From assembly GCA_977020255.1 (NCBI GenBank), contig CDROCS010001028.1, forward strand, positions 186,001 to 250,000: 64,000 nt of DNA, in the 5' to 3' direction. The notes beneath the pieces are model-generated. The model was not told the DNA's origin and made no database searches. It saw only the letters and a program-made list of their open reading frames with translations. Both the position numbers and the translations under genes were made by a program. The first letter of the stretch is position 1. Every line of letters begins with the position of its first letter. Source of the DNA: Obrimoposthia wandeli (taxonomy: Eukaryota). This document shows positions 20,703 to 30,618 of this stretch, piece by piece.

Positions 20703-21686
20703 TTACTGGTCAAAACCAGGAATCAATGCTTTTTGTGCTTGCCGCGCTTTTTTCAAACGTTCCACTGGTACACTCTCGAATGGAAATCGCATGGTTGGTG
20801 TAATGCAGCTCCATATACCCATGGTAGCCATAAACTTATCGACAGCCGCATTACAATACCCTTCTTCAAGTATAAACGGTGCAATTTCTTCATTCATGAA
20901 TTGCTGTATACGTTGTTCAGTTTCAAGCGCCTGTGGATCTAACATTAAACACTGCTGAGTCCATATTTGTGTTGCTTTCGGGCCTAAACAACAGACGTTT
21001 GAGTATGCGCCTTTTGCTCCAACATACGCATCGGTCGCGAGAAAATGACCCGCAACAAAAATAGACGCCACTTGCGGTAATCCTGTAGCAGCGATTTCAT
21101 CAGTGATTCTTGGCAGCTTAAAACCTACTACAGTATCAATCTCATCAAATATAGTGCGAAGTTGTTCCGCGGTTAAACACACTTTAGCGTGAGGAGGATT
21201 GTATAAAATAATGGGTATACCTTGGCACACGCTTTCCACTTTTCGGAGGAAGATCAATGCAGTTTGAGTATTACACGGAAACCAATTTGGTAAAATCACT
21301 TGAACTGCCGTCGGCTGCAGAGTCGCTGCAAATTGCGCACGCCGAACCGCATCTTGTGGGTGGCAATGAGATGCTCCAATTTGAAACGGCATACCAACGA
21401 CACGACATTTCGTCGCGAGCAACTCACTGATACGCTCGAACTCTTCTTCAGTTTGGGTATAAAACTCCCCAGCCGTCCCATTGGAATAAATACCATCTAC
21501 ACCCGCAGCGATGAAATAATCAATCTGCTCGGCCAGCAGCGTATAATTAATAGCTTCATTTTCTATTGGTAACAATAATGTTGCCCAGTTACCTTTAATA
21601 GTTGCAGCGCTTTCTTTCACTCTTTTTTTTTCATTCATTGCTACATCAATAGTTGAAGGCGCATGCGTTTCTGTTGTCATATTCAT
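20703..21686 (-). CDS. DHDPS/NAL-superfamily class I aldolase, non-NanA subgroup
   Basis: SNGTAGEF, ILYNPP, GFK Schiff-base Lys; ATGA overlap with the upstream gene. Confidence 0.85.
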   Translation of the reverse strand: MNMTTETHAPSTIDVAMNEKKRVKESAATIKGNWATLLLPIENEAINYTLLAEQIDYFIAAGVDGIYSNGTAGEFYTQTEEEFERISELLATKCRVVGMPFQIGASHCHPQDAVRRAQFAATLQPTAVQVILPNWFPCNTQTALIFLRKVESVCQGIPIILYNPPHAKVCLTAEQLRTIFDEIDTVVGFKLPRITDEIAATGLPQVASIFVAGHFLATDAYVGAKGAYSNVCCLGPKATQIWTQQCLMLDPQALETEQRIQQFMNEEIAPFILEEGYCNAAVDKFMATMGIWSCITPTMRFPFESVPVERLKKARQAQKALIPGFDQ

Positions 21687-22147
21687 AGCCAATCTGCCTT
21701 CACTTTGATCACGATTTTTTCAATGGCGCTAGGTGTTTCAACGCAAAGCATCGGCCTATGCCATTCGCCAGGAAAAAAGGTGACGCATTGATGCACATAC
21801 AAAGTAAAAACTTGTTCATTAGCAATATCCGATTGTAATGCGGCATCATTATCAGCATCAAAATTCAGCATATTGTCCACATCTACGGTCGCAAGAGGCG
21901 CGGCGTACATCTCTTGCCCTGCTAGCACAATATGGACATCGATATAGCGGCCATGAATTTCTGACAATGCGTCATCCAATAGCTTTGTCGTACTACTGAT
22001 TCGATTAACGAAAACATTCTCACCGTCGATCACATTGATGCCTGTTGCAAACTGCATAGGATCTAGTGACATCACATCGAGAATAATACGTTCAAGGGCT
22101 GAAGGCGTGCTTTTGGCGGTAATGGTAGGAATCGTTGTTAAAATCAT
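21683..22147 (-). CDS. YhcH/YjgK/YiaL (NanQ-like) family protein
   Basis: EIHGRYIDVHIVLAGQE, FFPGEWHRP, KIVIKV. Confidence 0.88.
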   Translation of the reverse strand: MILTTIPTITAKSTPSALERIILDVMSLDPMQFATGINVIDGENVFVNRISSTTKLLDDALSEIHGRYIDVHIVLAGQEMYAAPLATVDVDNMLNFDADNDAALQSDIANEQVFTLYVHQCVTFFPGEWHRPMLCVETPSAIEKIVIKVKADWL

Positions 22148-22342
22148 GATGTATTAGCAGATTAACTGCCATCCTCACTGTCATATTAGAAGGTTATTTT
22201 TATTCGTTTTTTGATAGTTACTTTTTGCCAATAGCCATGCTTTGGTAAATATTATTATCAAATGTTCACCGTGCATTGTCAGTCACAAGCACACGGTGAA
22301 CTTAAGGGGTAAATTTTCTGACTAGTTAAAGCTACTTATCTC

Positions 22343-23608
22343 TTAGAGCAACATATTAGGTAAGAACAACACGAGTTGCGGGAAGAAGATAATCAGCAGT
22401 AGAACGGCAATCAGAGGAATTAAGAACACAATCACTGAACGCGCTAAGACCTCATAAGGAATATTACCGACCTTAGATACCACAAAGAGTGATACCCCCA
22501 TCGGTGGTGTCAAAATCCCGAGCATCATATTCAAGACCACAACCACACCGAAATGCACAGGATCTATACCCAGCTGAACAGTAATTGGTAACAGAATAGG
22601 AACCAGAATCAGCAACAATGCCAAGGTTTCAATGAATGCGCCCAAAATGAATAGCATCACAGAAACCATTAGCAAGAACACTATTGGTGAATCTGTTACC
22701 TGCAAAAATAATTCGGCAGCTTTCATTGGTATATCTTCTTTGATAATCAGATAGCCAAATAAACTCACACCACCAATCAAAAACCCGATAACAGCTGAAG
22801 TATTTACGGTTTCATGAATCAAACGTACCAAGGTGCTAAACGTCAATTCTTTGTAAACAAAGAAACCCAAAAACATGGCATACAATGACGCGACAACAGC
22901 GGCTTCTGTTGGCGTAACAATACCCGAGAAAATACCGCCAATGATGATCACTGGTGTCAATAAAGCCAAGAATGCTTCTTTAAATGAAGAGAAAATCATC
23001 TTCATCGATGCACGCGGGTAAACCTTGTAGTTTTTCTTTTTCGCAATGATATAAACCATCACCATTAAGGCTACGGTACATAACAATGCAGGTACAATCC
23101 CCGCCAAGAATAAAGCACCAACAGATGCACCAGACATCACACCGTAAATTACCATTGGAATGCTCGGTGGCATCAATGGACCTATCACACTTGATGCTGC
23201 AGTAATCGCACCTGAGAAACCATCATCATAGCCTTCATCACGCATAGCTTTAATTTCAAGCTGCCCTAACCCACCAGCATCAGCGTGGGCAGATCCTGAC
23301 ATTCCCGAGAACAACAAACTCGCTAAGATATTTACATGGCCTAATGACCCCGTAAAGTGACCCGTTAAGTTACGGGCAAAGTTGAACATCTTGTCGGTGA
23401 TACCTGCCGAATTCATTAATAACCCGCTGAAGATGAAAAAAGGCACAGCCAGCAGTGGGAATGAATTCAAACCAGAAATGATTTTTTGTGGAGAGAGTGC
23501 AATTCCCGAGTTCAACAGTAAATAAGCAATGGAGACGATATACAGCGTAAAAGCGACAGGCATACCGACAGCCAACAATGCTCCCCAGCCCGAAAAAATA
23601 CCTAACAT
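22343..23608 (-). CDS. TRAP transporter large permease (DctM/SiaM-like)
   Basis: SFPLLAVPFFI, SGMSGSAHAD, PPSIPMVIYG, TPTEAA, TPPMG. Confidence 0.95.
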   Translation of the reverse strand: MLGIFSGWGALLAVGMPVAFTLYIVSIAYLLLNSGIALSPQKIISGLNSFPLLAVPFFIFSGLLMNSAGITDKMFNFARNLTGHFTGSLGHVNILASLLFSGMSGSAHADAGGLGQLEIKAMRDEGYDDGFSGAITAASSVIGPLMPPSIPMVIYGVMSGASVGALFLAGIVPALLCTVALMVMVYIIAKKKNYKVYPRASMKMIFSSFKEAFLALLTPVIIIGGIFSGIVTPTEAAVVASLYAMFLGFFVYKELTFSTLVRLIHETVNTSAVIGFLIGGVSLFGYLIIKEDIPMKAAELFLQVTDSPIVFLLMVSVMLFILGAFIETLALLLILVPILLPITVQLGIDPVHFGVVVVLNMMLGILTPPMGVSLFVVSKVGNIPYEVLARSVIVFLIPLIAVLLLIIFFPQLVLFLPNMLL

Positions 23609-23617
23609 AATAAATCC

Positions 23618-24139
23618 CTATTTATCCGTAATTTTCATTAATGGGGAAAGTTGCTTTTTGTTCACGCGCATATCCTTTAATGCCGCGACAGAGGTGCCGA
23701 CATTCAATAATGATTTAATCAGAATCAGAGTGAAACCCAACGGTACTGCCATATACAAGACAGACATTTGCACATCCATGGTGATAGAACCTAGACGGTC
23801 CATACGTTGAGCGAATATATAGCCACGATAAACAATGACAACAGAGGTAGCTGCAAATATTAGGTGAATCATAATATCTAATACGTGTTTCGCAGATTCA
23901 CTCAGACGGTTTGGCACTATATCGATAGCAATGTGATCTCGACGTGACACTGCTTCACTTGCGCCCACAAAAATGATGTAGATATATAACCATCGGGAAA
24001 GCTCTTCAGTCCAAGGAATTCCAATTGAAAAGAAATAGCGACTCACAATCTGAACCGTCAGTACCAATAACATTGCAATAAACAGCGAAACTGAAATGTA
24101 TTTTTCCATCAGTTCCATTTTTCTTATGAGGTTTTTCAT
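23618..24139 (-). CDS. TRAP transporter small permease (DctQ/SiaQ-like)
   Basis: QIVSRY...PWTEELSRW, HIAID; four TM segments. Confidence 0.92.
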   Translation of the reverse strand: MKNLIRKMELMEKYISVSLFIAMLLVLTVQIVSRYFFSIGIPWTEELSRWLYIYIIFVGASEAVSRRDHIAIDIVPNRLSESAKHVLDIMIHLIFAATSVVIVYRGYIFAQRMDRLGSITMDVQMSVLYMAVPLGFTLILIKSLLNVGTSVAALKDMRVNKKQLSPLMKITDK

Positions 24140-24221
24140 TTTTCCATCACCATTAAACGGGCAGCAACATCATATGCTTACCACCCTACTCAGTATGATT
24201 GAGCTGCTGTATCAGGTATCG

Positions 24222-25187
24222 TTATTGTGTATCGATCAATGTTTGTGTGAAGTTTTCACCAAACTGCTTATTTAATTGTGCGTAGTACGGTTTCATCGCT
24301 ACACGGAATGGGGCTAAGTCAGGATAGGTGACTGTCACACCGGCTTCTTTAAACGTTGCTAAGTCTTTCTCTGTGCTAGCTGTAATCAATTTTTCTGCTT
24401 CTTCCCCTCCAACAGCTAAGGCTTTTATCAGCCAATCTTGCTCTTGCTTAGAAAGATCATTCCAACGATCACCTGAAATAGAAATTGTTTGGTCTTGCAC
24501 CACGTGGTTAGTCATTGCGAGATACGGTTGTACTTCGTAGAACTTCATTGCTTCAATAGAAGAAATTGGGTTCTCTTGCCCATCAACGGCATTGGTTTGT
24601 AGTGCAAGATACACTTCTGCATAAGCGATAGGAGATGGAATCGCCCCTACTCCTTTAGCGTAATCAATCAAAGCTTTAGCGTTTGGAGTCCGCAGCTTCA
24701 TACCTTTCATGTCTTCAATGGAATTAATTGGACGGTTAGAGCTCGTTTCACGTATACCAAAGAACCAACTATCGATCGGCTTAAGATTAAATTCAGTTTC
24801 GAGTTCTTGACGCGCGTCCATGCCCCAAGGGCTGTTGAAAATGGCAGAAAGGTGTTTGTAATCACGTACAAGGTAAGCGGTTTCTAAAGCACCAAGACGA
24901 GGCAGATATTGCGCATAGCCACCAAAAACTTGCATCGACATGTCCAACTCACCTAAAGACACTTGCTCTAGCATTTCATGTACGTTGCCAAGTTGCCCGC
25001 CCGCGTAAAGGCGTAATGTCATCTCTCCGCCTGAAATCGTCTTCAGTTCATCAGCCGCCTTTACCATGCCGTGGTAAATCGGACTATTGTAAGCTTCATT
25101 AAAACCCACGTTCAATTGAGTTTCAGCAGACACGTTTGCAGCAAATAATGCAGTGGCAACCATGCTTAGAGTAAAGAGCTTTTTCAT
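24222..25187 (-). CDS. TRAP substrate-binding protein (DctP/SiaP-like)
   Basis: Signal peptide, GIRETSS, KLRTP, AEVYLALQTNAVDGQENP, EVQPYL..TNHV. Confidence 0.92.
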   Translation of the reverse strand: MKKLFTLSMVATALFAANVSAETQLNVGFNEAYNSPIYHGMVKAADELKTISGGEMTLRLYAGGQLGNVHEMLEQVSLGELDMSMQVFGGYAQYLPRLGALETAYLVRDYKHLSAIFNSPWGMDARQELETEFNLKPIDSWFFGIRETSSNRPINSIEDMKGMKLRTPNAKALIDYAKGVGAIPSPIAYAEVYLALQTNAVDGQENPISSIEAMKFYEVQPYLAMTNHVVQDQTISISGDRWNDLSKQEQDWLIKALAVGGEEAEKLITASTEKDLATFKEAGVTVTYPDLAPFRVAMKPYYAQLNKQFGENFTQTLIDTQ

Positions 25188-25257
25188 ATTATGTCCTTAT
25201 TAGTATGTAGAGTGTTTCTCGTTATTGTTGTAGAGGTAGAACTATTCTTTCTGCGTA

Positions 25258-26187
25258 TTAATTCTTCACAAAAAATACGCCATGTTCTAACTGTTCACCG
25301 TCGAAAATTCGGCGAATTTGTCTTACGTACACATCGATTTTTTTTATATTTTCATTGCCACACCCACCACCTGTATGTTGGGTTAGGTGTATATTCGGTG
25401 TTGTCCATAACGGTGAATGAGCAGGTAGCGGTTCTTGCTTCGTGACATCTAAACAGGCAGTAAATGTACTGTCTGCTAATGCTTTTGCTACCAAGTCATC
25501 TTCATTCACGACTTGACCTCGACCTACGTTAACCACCATAGCTCCAGCACGCATCTTGTTGAACACTTCACGGTCCAGTAGATTATGTGTGGTATCCGTG
25601 GCTGGAATGGTTGATATCAAAATGTCGCAATGCGCCACTGCTTCAATCAAACCATTCTTTCCTTTTGCTTTCATAGCTGTAGTGTCAAAGCTATGTATAG
25701 TCGCCCCAAAAGCGTCGAACAAGGCAGCCGCTTGCTTACCAATACTGCCATACCCCAAGATCAAGATGTCAGCTTCACCGACAAGACGTTTAGTAAAACG
25801 GATAGCGTCTTTTTCCCATACGCTTGACGCTTTAGCTGTCTGCAATGCAGGTAGTTGACGATAAACACTCAAGACATTCGCGACAATTTCTTCTGCAACA
25901 GGAGCGGAAAAGAAGCCCTGTAGGTTGCATACTGTGATATGGCGGTTTTCTAGCCAGTCATAACCATTAAAATTATCGATCCCGACAGAATCCAATAAAA
26001 TGGTTGCCAGGCACGGCATGTCATTAATCCAATCTGTTGGAATATTACCGATAGCAATATCGGCATCTTTGGCTCTTTTAAACTCATTACTGCCATCATT
26101 AAAATGACAAGTCGCGTTAGCTGAGAGTTGCTGTGTTAAATAATTCGCTTCACGTTCGTTCAATACAGGATGAATATAAATGTTCAT
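25258..26187 (-). CDS. D-isomer-specific 2-hydroxyacid dehydrogenase
   Basis: GYGSIG, VNVGRG, LDVT..EP, TQH motifs. Confidence 0.9.
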   Translation of the reverse strand: MNIYIHPVLNEREANYLTQQLSANATCHFNDGSNEFKRAKDADIAIGNIPTDWINDMPCLATILLDSVGIDNFNGYDWLENRHITVCNLQGFFSAPVAEEIVANVLSVYRQLPALQTAKASSVWEKDAIRFTKRLVGEADILILGYGSIGKQAAALFDAFGATIHSFDTTAMKAKGKNGLIEAVAHCDILISTIPATDTTHNLLDREVFNKMRAGAMVVNVGRGQVVNEDDLVAKALADSTFTACLDVTKQEPLPAHSPLWTTPNIHLTQHTGGGCGNENIKKIDVYVRQIRRIFDGEQLEHGVFFVKN

Positions 26188-26244
26188 AAGGCCCTTCGAT
26201 TAATCGGCGCATTCAATAACGGAGGTTCACATTGAGTGGTTAAA

Positions 26245-27459
26245 TTACGCTTTCACCCAATGACGATGACTGTCTTCTAATTGTTGTAAGCCATCTTCCA
26301 TTGGAAAACAGTGGTACAGCGCATCGTTGGTATAAGGAAATTGGGCTTCAATATCATCGGTTAACGTGACACCTAAGCCAATATCGTCACCTAAATGGAA
26401 GTGGCCATCGCTAATGCGAGATTCGAGATTGCACATGGCGTTGCGCAGTTCAAAATGAGGCATCGGATATTCAATCAATGAACATCCTGTGGCAAACGCG
26501 GCTACATAATTCGCCATCATCGCAACCGGCCCACCCCAAGAGTGCACAACAGGATTCACGCTACGTTGCTGGGCGTATTCACAAACGGCAATCGTGTCGC
26601 CAATCCCACCTAAAACAGAAGCGTCGGGTTGCACCACGTTGTAATAATTGGCATCAATACGGTCGAACAACTCTTCTTTAGTGGTAACAATTTCGCCACC
26701 AGCAACCACAATGCCCTCTTGCAAAGCTAACAAAGGCAATTGAGTCAGTTTGTCGAGACCTAAGCACTCTTCAACAAACACCAACTCTTCACCGGTTTCA
26801 TGCTGAATATGGTCGCAAAAAGCTTTTACTTGCTCGGCAGTTTGCCCCTCAATCGTGAGATTCTGTGTCATATCAACAGCAACACGAATACCATATTGAC
26901 GACCAGCTTCAATGGTCCAAATAGTTTTAGCCGCTTGATGATGGCGCGCGCGAATTTTGATCGTTTGAATACCACGTTGTACTAGCTGTTCAAGCTCTTG
27001 GGCCATATATTGCGGATGTAACGAATCCCCTCCAGACCCATACATAGCAATTGACTCTACTTTTTTACCACCGAACAGTTCTACTGCTGGGATCTCACGC
27101 GCACGGGATAAGGCATCCACCAATGCAATTTCGATTGCCGAAATAACATGCTGCGCCGCACCTTGTAACGACCAATATGCTGTAACAGTTTTGGCTTTTG
27201 CCAACACATCACCGTAACCGTTACTGATGTCATCACCCGTAATAGCAGTGCCAACCAAGCGTGCAATGCTGGTAAATACATCCGGTGCAAAAACACCTAG
27301 ATACCCTTCTCCCAGCCCTTTTACACCATTATCCAGAGTGATCTCGACCATGGAGCATCCACGAATACCATTCGGCAAATGCAAGGCATTCTCTGCACAG
27401 CCTTCAAACCCGTAAGGTGCGCTCAATAACACTGGACGAACATTGACGATCGTGGCCAT
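26245..27459 (-). CDS. Enolase-superfamily (mandelate racemase subgroup) enzyme, probable acid-sugar dehydratase
   Basis: KIR, VDMTQ, EEC, GGE metal ligands, QPDAS..GG, VHSW. Confidence 0.88.
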   Translation of the reverse strand: MATIVNVRPVLLSAPYGFEGCAENALHLPNGIRGCSMVEITLDNGVKGLGEGYLGVFAPDVFTSIARLVGTAITGDDISNGYGDVLAKAKTVTAYWSLQGAAQHVISAIEIALVDALSRAREIPAVELFGGKKVESIAMYGSGGDSLHPQYMAQELEQLVQRGIQTIKIRARHHQAAKTIWTIEAGRQYGIRVAVDMTQNLTIEGQTAEQVKAFCDHIQHETGEELVFVEECLGLDKLTQLPLLALQEGIVVAGGEIVTTKEELFDRIDANYYNVVQPDASVLGGIGDTIAVCEYAQQRSVNPVVHSWGGPVAMMANYVAAFATGCSLIEYPMPHFELRNAMCNLESRISDGHFHLGDDIGLGVTLTDDIEAQFPYTNDALYHCFPMEDGLQQLEDSHRHWVKA

Positions 27460-28370
27460 TACACTAATCCTTTTAATTGAGGGAGTATTGCAGCACCGCG
27501 CACACCACTCGAATCACCGTGTTCCGCTTTCACCACTTGTGTAGTAACAGCTTTACTGAAGGTGTAACGGCTCAATTTGTCTTGTACCAAGGCATAAATA
27601 CAATCTTGATTGGACATACCGCCACCCAGAACAATGACTTCTGGATCAATGATATTCACAATGCTACCAAGTGAACGCGCTAGTTGGTCGGTATAGGTAT
27701 CGATATGCTGCAAGGCGTCTACATCACCTTGTTCGGCTTGTTCAAAAATAGTTTTGGCTTTTAACGGCACATGCTGAGCAGCATAGGTACGCTCAAAGCC
27801 CGTACCAGAACAAAACGACTCGATACAATTTGTTGACCCGCAATAGCACGTAACCGCTTCACCATCTTGCTCTAGCGTATAGCTGGGCAATGGGTTGTGC
27901 CCCATCTCGCCACCCAAGTTATTTAAGCCAGTTACAACGTCACCATTAATGATAATGCCTGAACCACACCCCGTACCGATAATGACGGCAATACAAGAGT
28001 TTTCAGCATGTTTTGCCGCACCGGATTTAAACTCAGAAATAGCTAAACAATCTGCATCATTAGCAATCGCAATTGGTAAGGCGATGTGTTTTTTCAAGTC
28101 TCCAATGAAATCTTCACCATTGAGATATAACAAGTTGGAGCCCTGCATACGCTGCGTATCTTTATTCAACGAACCGCAACAACCAATGCCCACCGATATC
28201 GGGGTTTGATCGCTTGATAACGCTTCAATGGTTGATACAACCGCATCAAGAAAAGCAGCATAGTTATCTTTTGGCGTCGCTACCCTGACCTTATCGATCA
28301 GGGTGTACGTTGAAGGGTCAAGGCTGACCCCTTCAATCTTTGTTCCGCCTATGTCTAGGCCTATTAGCAT
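27459..28370 (-). CDS. ROK-family sugar kinase, Mak (manno/fructokinase)-like
   Basis: DIGGTK, ANDADC, IIGTGCG, GEMGHNPLP, CYCG...CIESFCSGTGF. Confidence 0.9.
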   Translation of the reverse strand: MLIGLDIGGTKIEGVSLDPSTYTLIDKVRVATPKDNYAAFLDAVVSTIEALSSDQTPISVGIGCCGSLNKDTQRMQGSNLLYLNGEDFIGDLKKHIALPIAIANDADCLAISEFKSGAAKHAENSCIAVIIGTGCGSGIIINGDVVTGLNNLGGEMGHNPLPSYTLEQDGEAVTCYCGSTNCIESFCSGTGFERTYAAQHVPLKAKTIFEQAEQGDVDALQHIDTYTDQLARSLGSIVNIIDPEVIVLGGGMSNQDCIYALVQDKLSRYTFSKAVTTQVVKAEHGDSSGVRGAAILPQLKGLV

Positions 28371-29242
28371 ACACCCGCCTCAATCAGTGCATTCAAGGCT
28401 GCTTTGTGCTCATCAGTCACAACATTCAATGGACGGCGGCAATGTTCGTTTTGAATAATGCCTTTTTGCTTCAATACATATTTCAAACCCGGAATCACAC
28501 CCGCACCGACTAAGGCATCAATTAACACATTCGCTTCACGTTGCAAGGCTGTTGCTTGCTGCGCATTATTCGTGAAAATTGCGGCTTGAATATCAATCAT
28601 GCGCTGTGCTTGAATATTATAAGTAGAGCCAATACCACCATTTGCACCTGCAACAAGGCCAGAAGCCAATATTTCATCAAACCCGTTGAATACTGTTTTA
28701 TCAGGGTTTTGACGAGTAACTTGTTCCATTTGGTATAAGTTGGCAGACGTTTGCTTAAGAGCGACAACACCATCAATATTCAACAATTCATTAATTTGAT
28801 CACCCGATAGATTCATACCCGCGAAAGCTGGGAAGTTATAAACAATCATGGGTTTACCCGCAGCTTGAATCACATCACTGTAATGCTTCTTCAGCTCATT
28901 GAATGCCACCGGGTAGTAAAACGGCGTGACCGCTGAAATCGCTTGATAAGGCATCGCCCCTGCTGCGCGTGCCAAAATTTCACTTTTCCTCGTCGATATA
29001 TCACCTACATGCGCGATTAACGTCATATCTGCAGTCGCAGCTTCTGCTGTTAGCTCAAGGGTCTGAATCCGCTCTTCGGTAGAACAAAGAAAAGCTTCTG
29101 CTGTAGAGCCGCCCACGTATAAACCGTCTAAGCCACTCTCACAGTTGAACTTCACTAACGATGCCAAGTCATCATGGTTAATCGTTTCATCGAGATTAAA
29201 AGGAGTCAGTGTTGCTGCGTATAAGCCTGAAAAATTCATCAT
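28364..29242 (-). CDS. nanA: N-acetylneuraminate lyase family aldolase
   Basis: YVGGSTAE, VYNFP, LKQTS, GFDE, GSTYN substrate-determining motifs. Confidence 0.88.
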   Translation of the reverse strand: MMNFSGLYAATLTPFNLDETINHDDLASLVKFNCESGLDGLYVGGSTAEAFLCSTEERIQTLELTAEAATADMTLIAHVGDISTRKSEILARAAGAMPYQAISAVTPFYYPVAFNELKKHYSDVIQAAGKPMIVYNFPAFAGMNLSGDQINELLNIDGVVALKQTSANLYQMEQVTRQNPDKTVFNGFDEILASGLVAGANGGIGSTYNIQAQRMIDIQAAIFTNNAQQATALQREANVLIDALVGAGVIPGLKYVLKQKGIIQNEHCRRPLNVVTDEHKAALNALIEAGVC

Positions 29243-29269
29243 ATTTCCAATTACAGAGGACTAAGTTTT

Positions 29270-29296
29270 GGTGTGCCTAGTATGCTGTTATACCAG
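29270..29296 (-). promoter_or_regulatory. NanR-type operator
   Basis: Minus strand CTGGTATAACAG-CATACTAGGCACA; the first 12 nt match the E. coli nanA operator start. Confidence 0.6.
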
Positions 29297-29306
29297 CTTC
29301 ATTTTC

Positions 29307-29322
29307 TGTGATTGAATTCACA
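29307..29322. promoter_or_regulatory. CRP-binding site
   Basis: Perfect TGTGA-N6-TCACA upstream of nanA. Confidence 0.75.
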
Positions 29323-29443
29323 ACCAAAGAGGCTGTAGAAAATAAGTACAAATTATGTGATTACCGTAGAATTAATGGCAGGAAGAGTTGAATTAATAAG
29401 CAATGCAGGTTATTTCGCGCGTGAGGATTATGTAGGAGATTTA

Positions 29444-29489
29444 AAGAGAAAAGGCAGCTTCATTACAAAGCTGCCAAGGCACTTATAAG
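29444..29489. repeat. 46-bp direct repeat, copy 1 (minus-strand terminator-like)
   Basis: AAGAGAAAAGGCAGCTTCATTACAAAGCTGCCAAGGCACTTATAAG; 43/46 identical to 47372-47417. Confidence 0.9.
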
Positions 29490-29898
29490 TAAAAATGAAA
29501 ATAGATTTCGATTAAAACAAGTCAGAATACGCCTTATTTTATAGAATATGAGCCAAATATGGGGGTGAAGCGACTGAGTTAGATGAAATAACTAACAAAC
29601 AAAAAGGTTATGCCGTGCTGAATTTAAACTGAGACAGCACAATTAGTTCTCAAGCAAAACGACTCAAGTGAGAATTATCAAGCAATGATGTGGGGGGATC
29701 AATAATGGGCAAGTTAGTTCAAAATAAGGCCCCAAAAAGAGCGCCTTCGATTACACTAGGACGGGGTGTTTTACGCAGTAAGATTCGGTCAGAAAATACT
29801 GCCCATAGTTGCTTTATCAATAATACAACTATGGGCAATCTTTATCGCTATCGATTAAGTTTCATACAACTCAACACGCAAGCAAGACGAGGCAATAA

Positions 29899-30618
29899 TT
29901 AGTATTGAGAGTCCTTCACGACTTTTTCACCATAAATTCCATTCTTAGGAATCGCTTTATAGCTAGAGTTCGCAGCTCGCATAATACGAATACCTTCCGC
30001 CCCCGCATCACGAGCAGAAATGATGTCACCATCAGAATCACCGTAATACAATTTGATGTTATGTTCCTTAATGAATGGAGTCTTGGTGTAAGCCGTTTTA
30101 CTGGATCCAGCAAAAATCACTTTGTGCATATTATTGATGCCAAAAGTGTCCTTCAGGTATTGTGTTGTCATTTCGCAATCAGACCCTGTACGACCAGTGA
30201 TAAAATAAATGTCATCACCACGCTCTTGGTGCATAGATATTAACTTCTGACCGATCGTTTTAGGTAAGCTGAACGCTTCCCATGCACAGTTCATCTTATC
30301 CCAGAATTGTGGTGACTGAAGGTAGCTGTAACCATTAGGCGAAAATACTTGCTGACCGCGATTAAAGCCTGGAGAGCTGAACAGAACCGTATCATCAATA
30401 TCAAAACCCACAGCCATCGGTGGTTTGTCCGCAAGGCTGGCTTTAATTTCTTTTACCGAGACCCAATTAAGCGGTACTGATTCGCCTTTTTGCATTACAT
30501 CGATCGAGCTATACCCAGTTTCTGTTCCGGGTGTTTTTGGATCTGCCTGTACAGACGTCGACACAAAGGCGCATGCCATTAAAGAGGAAAGTGCGAGGGT
30601 AAGTAATTTTGTTTTCAT
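29899..30618 (-). CDS. aphA: Class B acid phosphatase
   Basis: Signal peptide, GFDIDDTVLFSSP, YYGDSDGDI, RAANSSY. Confidence 0.93.
   Translation of the reverse strand: MKTKLLTLALSSLMACAFVSTSVQADPKTPGTETGYSSIDVMQKGESVPLNWVSVKEIKASLADKPPMAVGFDIDDTVLFSSPGFNRGQQVFSPNGYSYLQSPQFWDKMNCAWEAFSLPKTIGQKLISMHQERGDDIYFITGRTGSDCEMTTQYLKDTFGINNMHKVIFAGSSKTAYTKTPFIKEHNIKLYYGDSDGDIISARDAGAEGIRIMRAANSSYKAIPKNGIYGEKVVKDSQY

Noticed and set aside
29690-29902. 70-aa plus-strand ORF
   Set aside because: No family motifs; it overlaps a 12-bp hairpin (29800-29837) better explained as the aphA terminator
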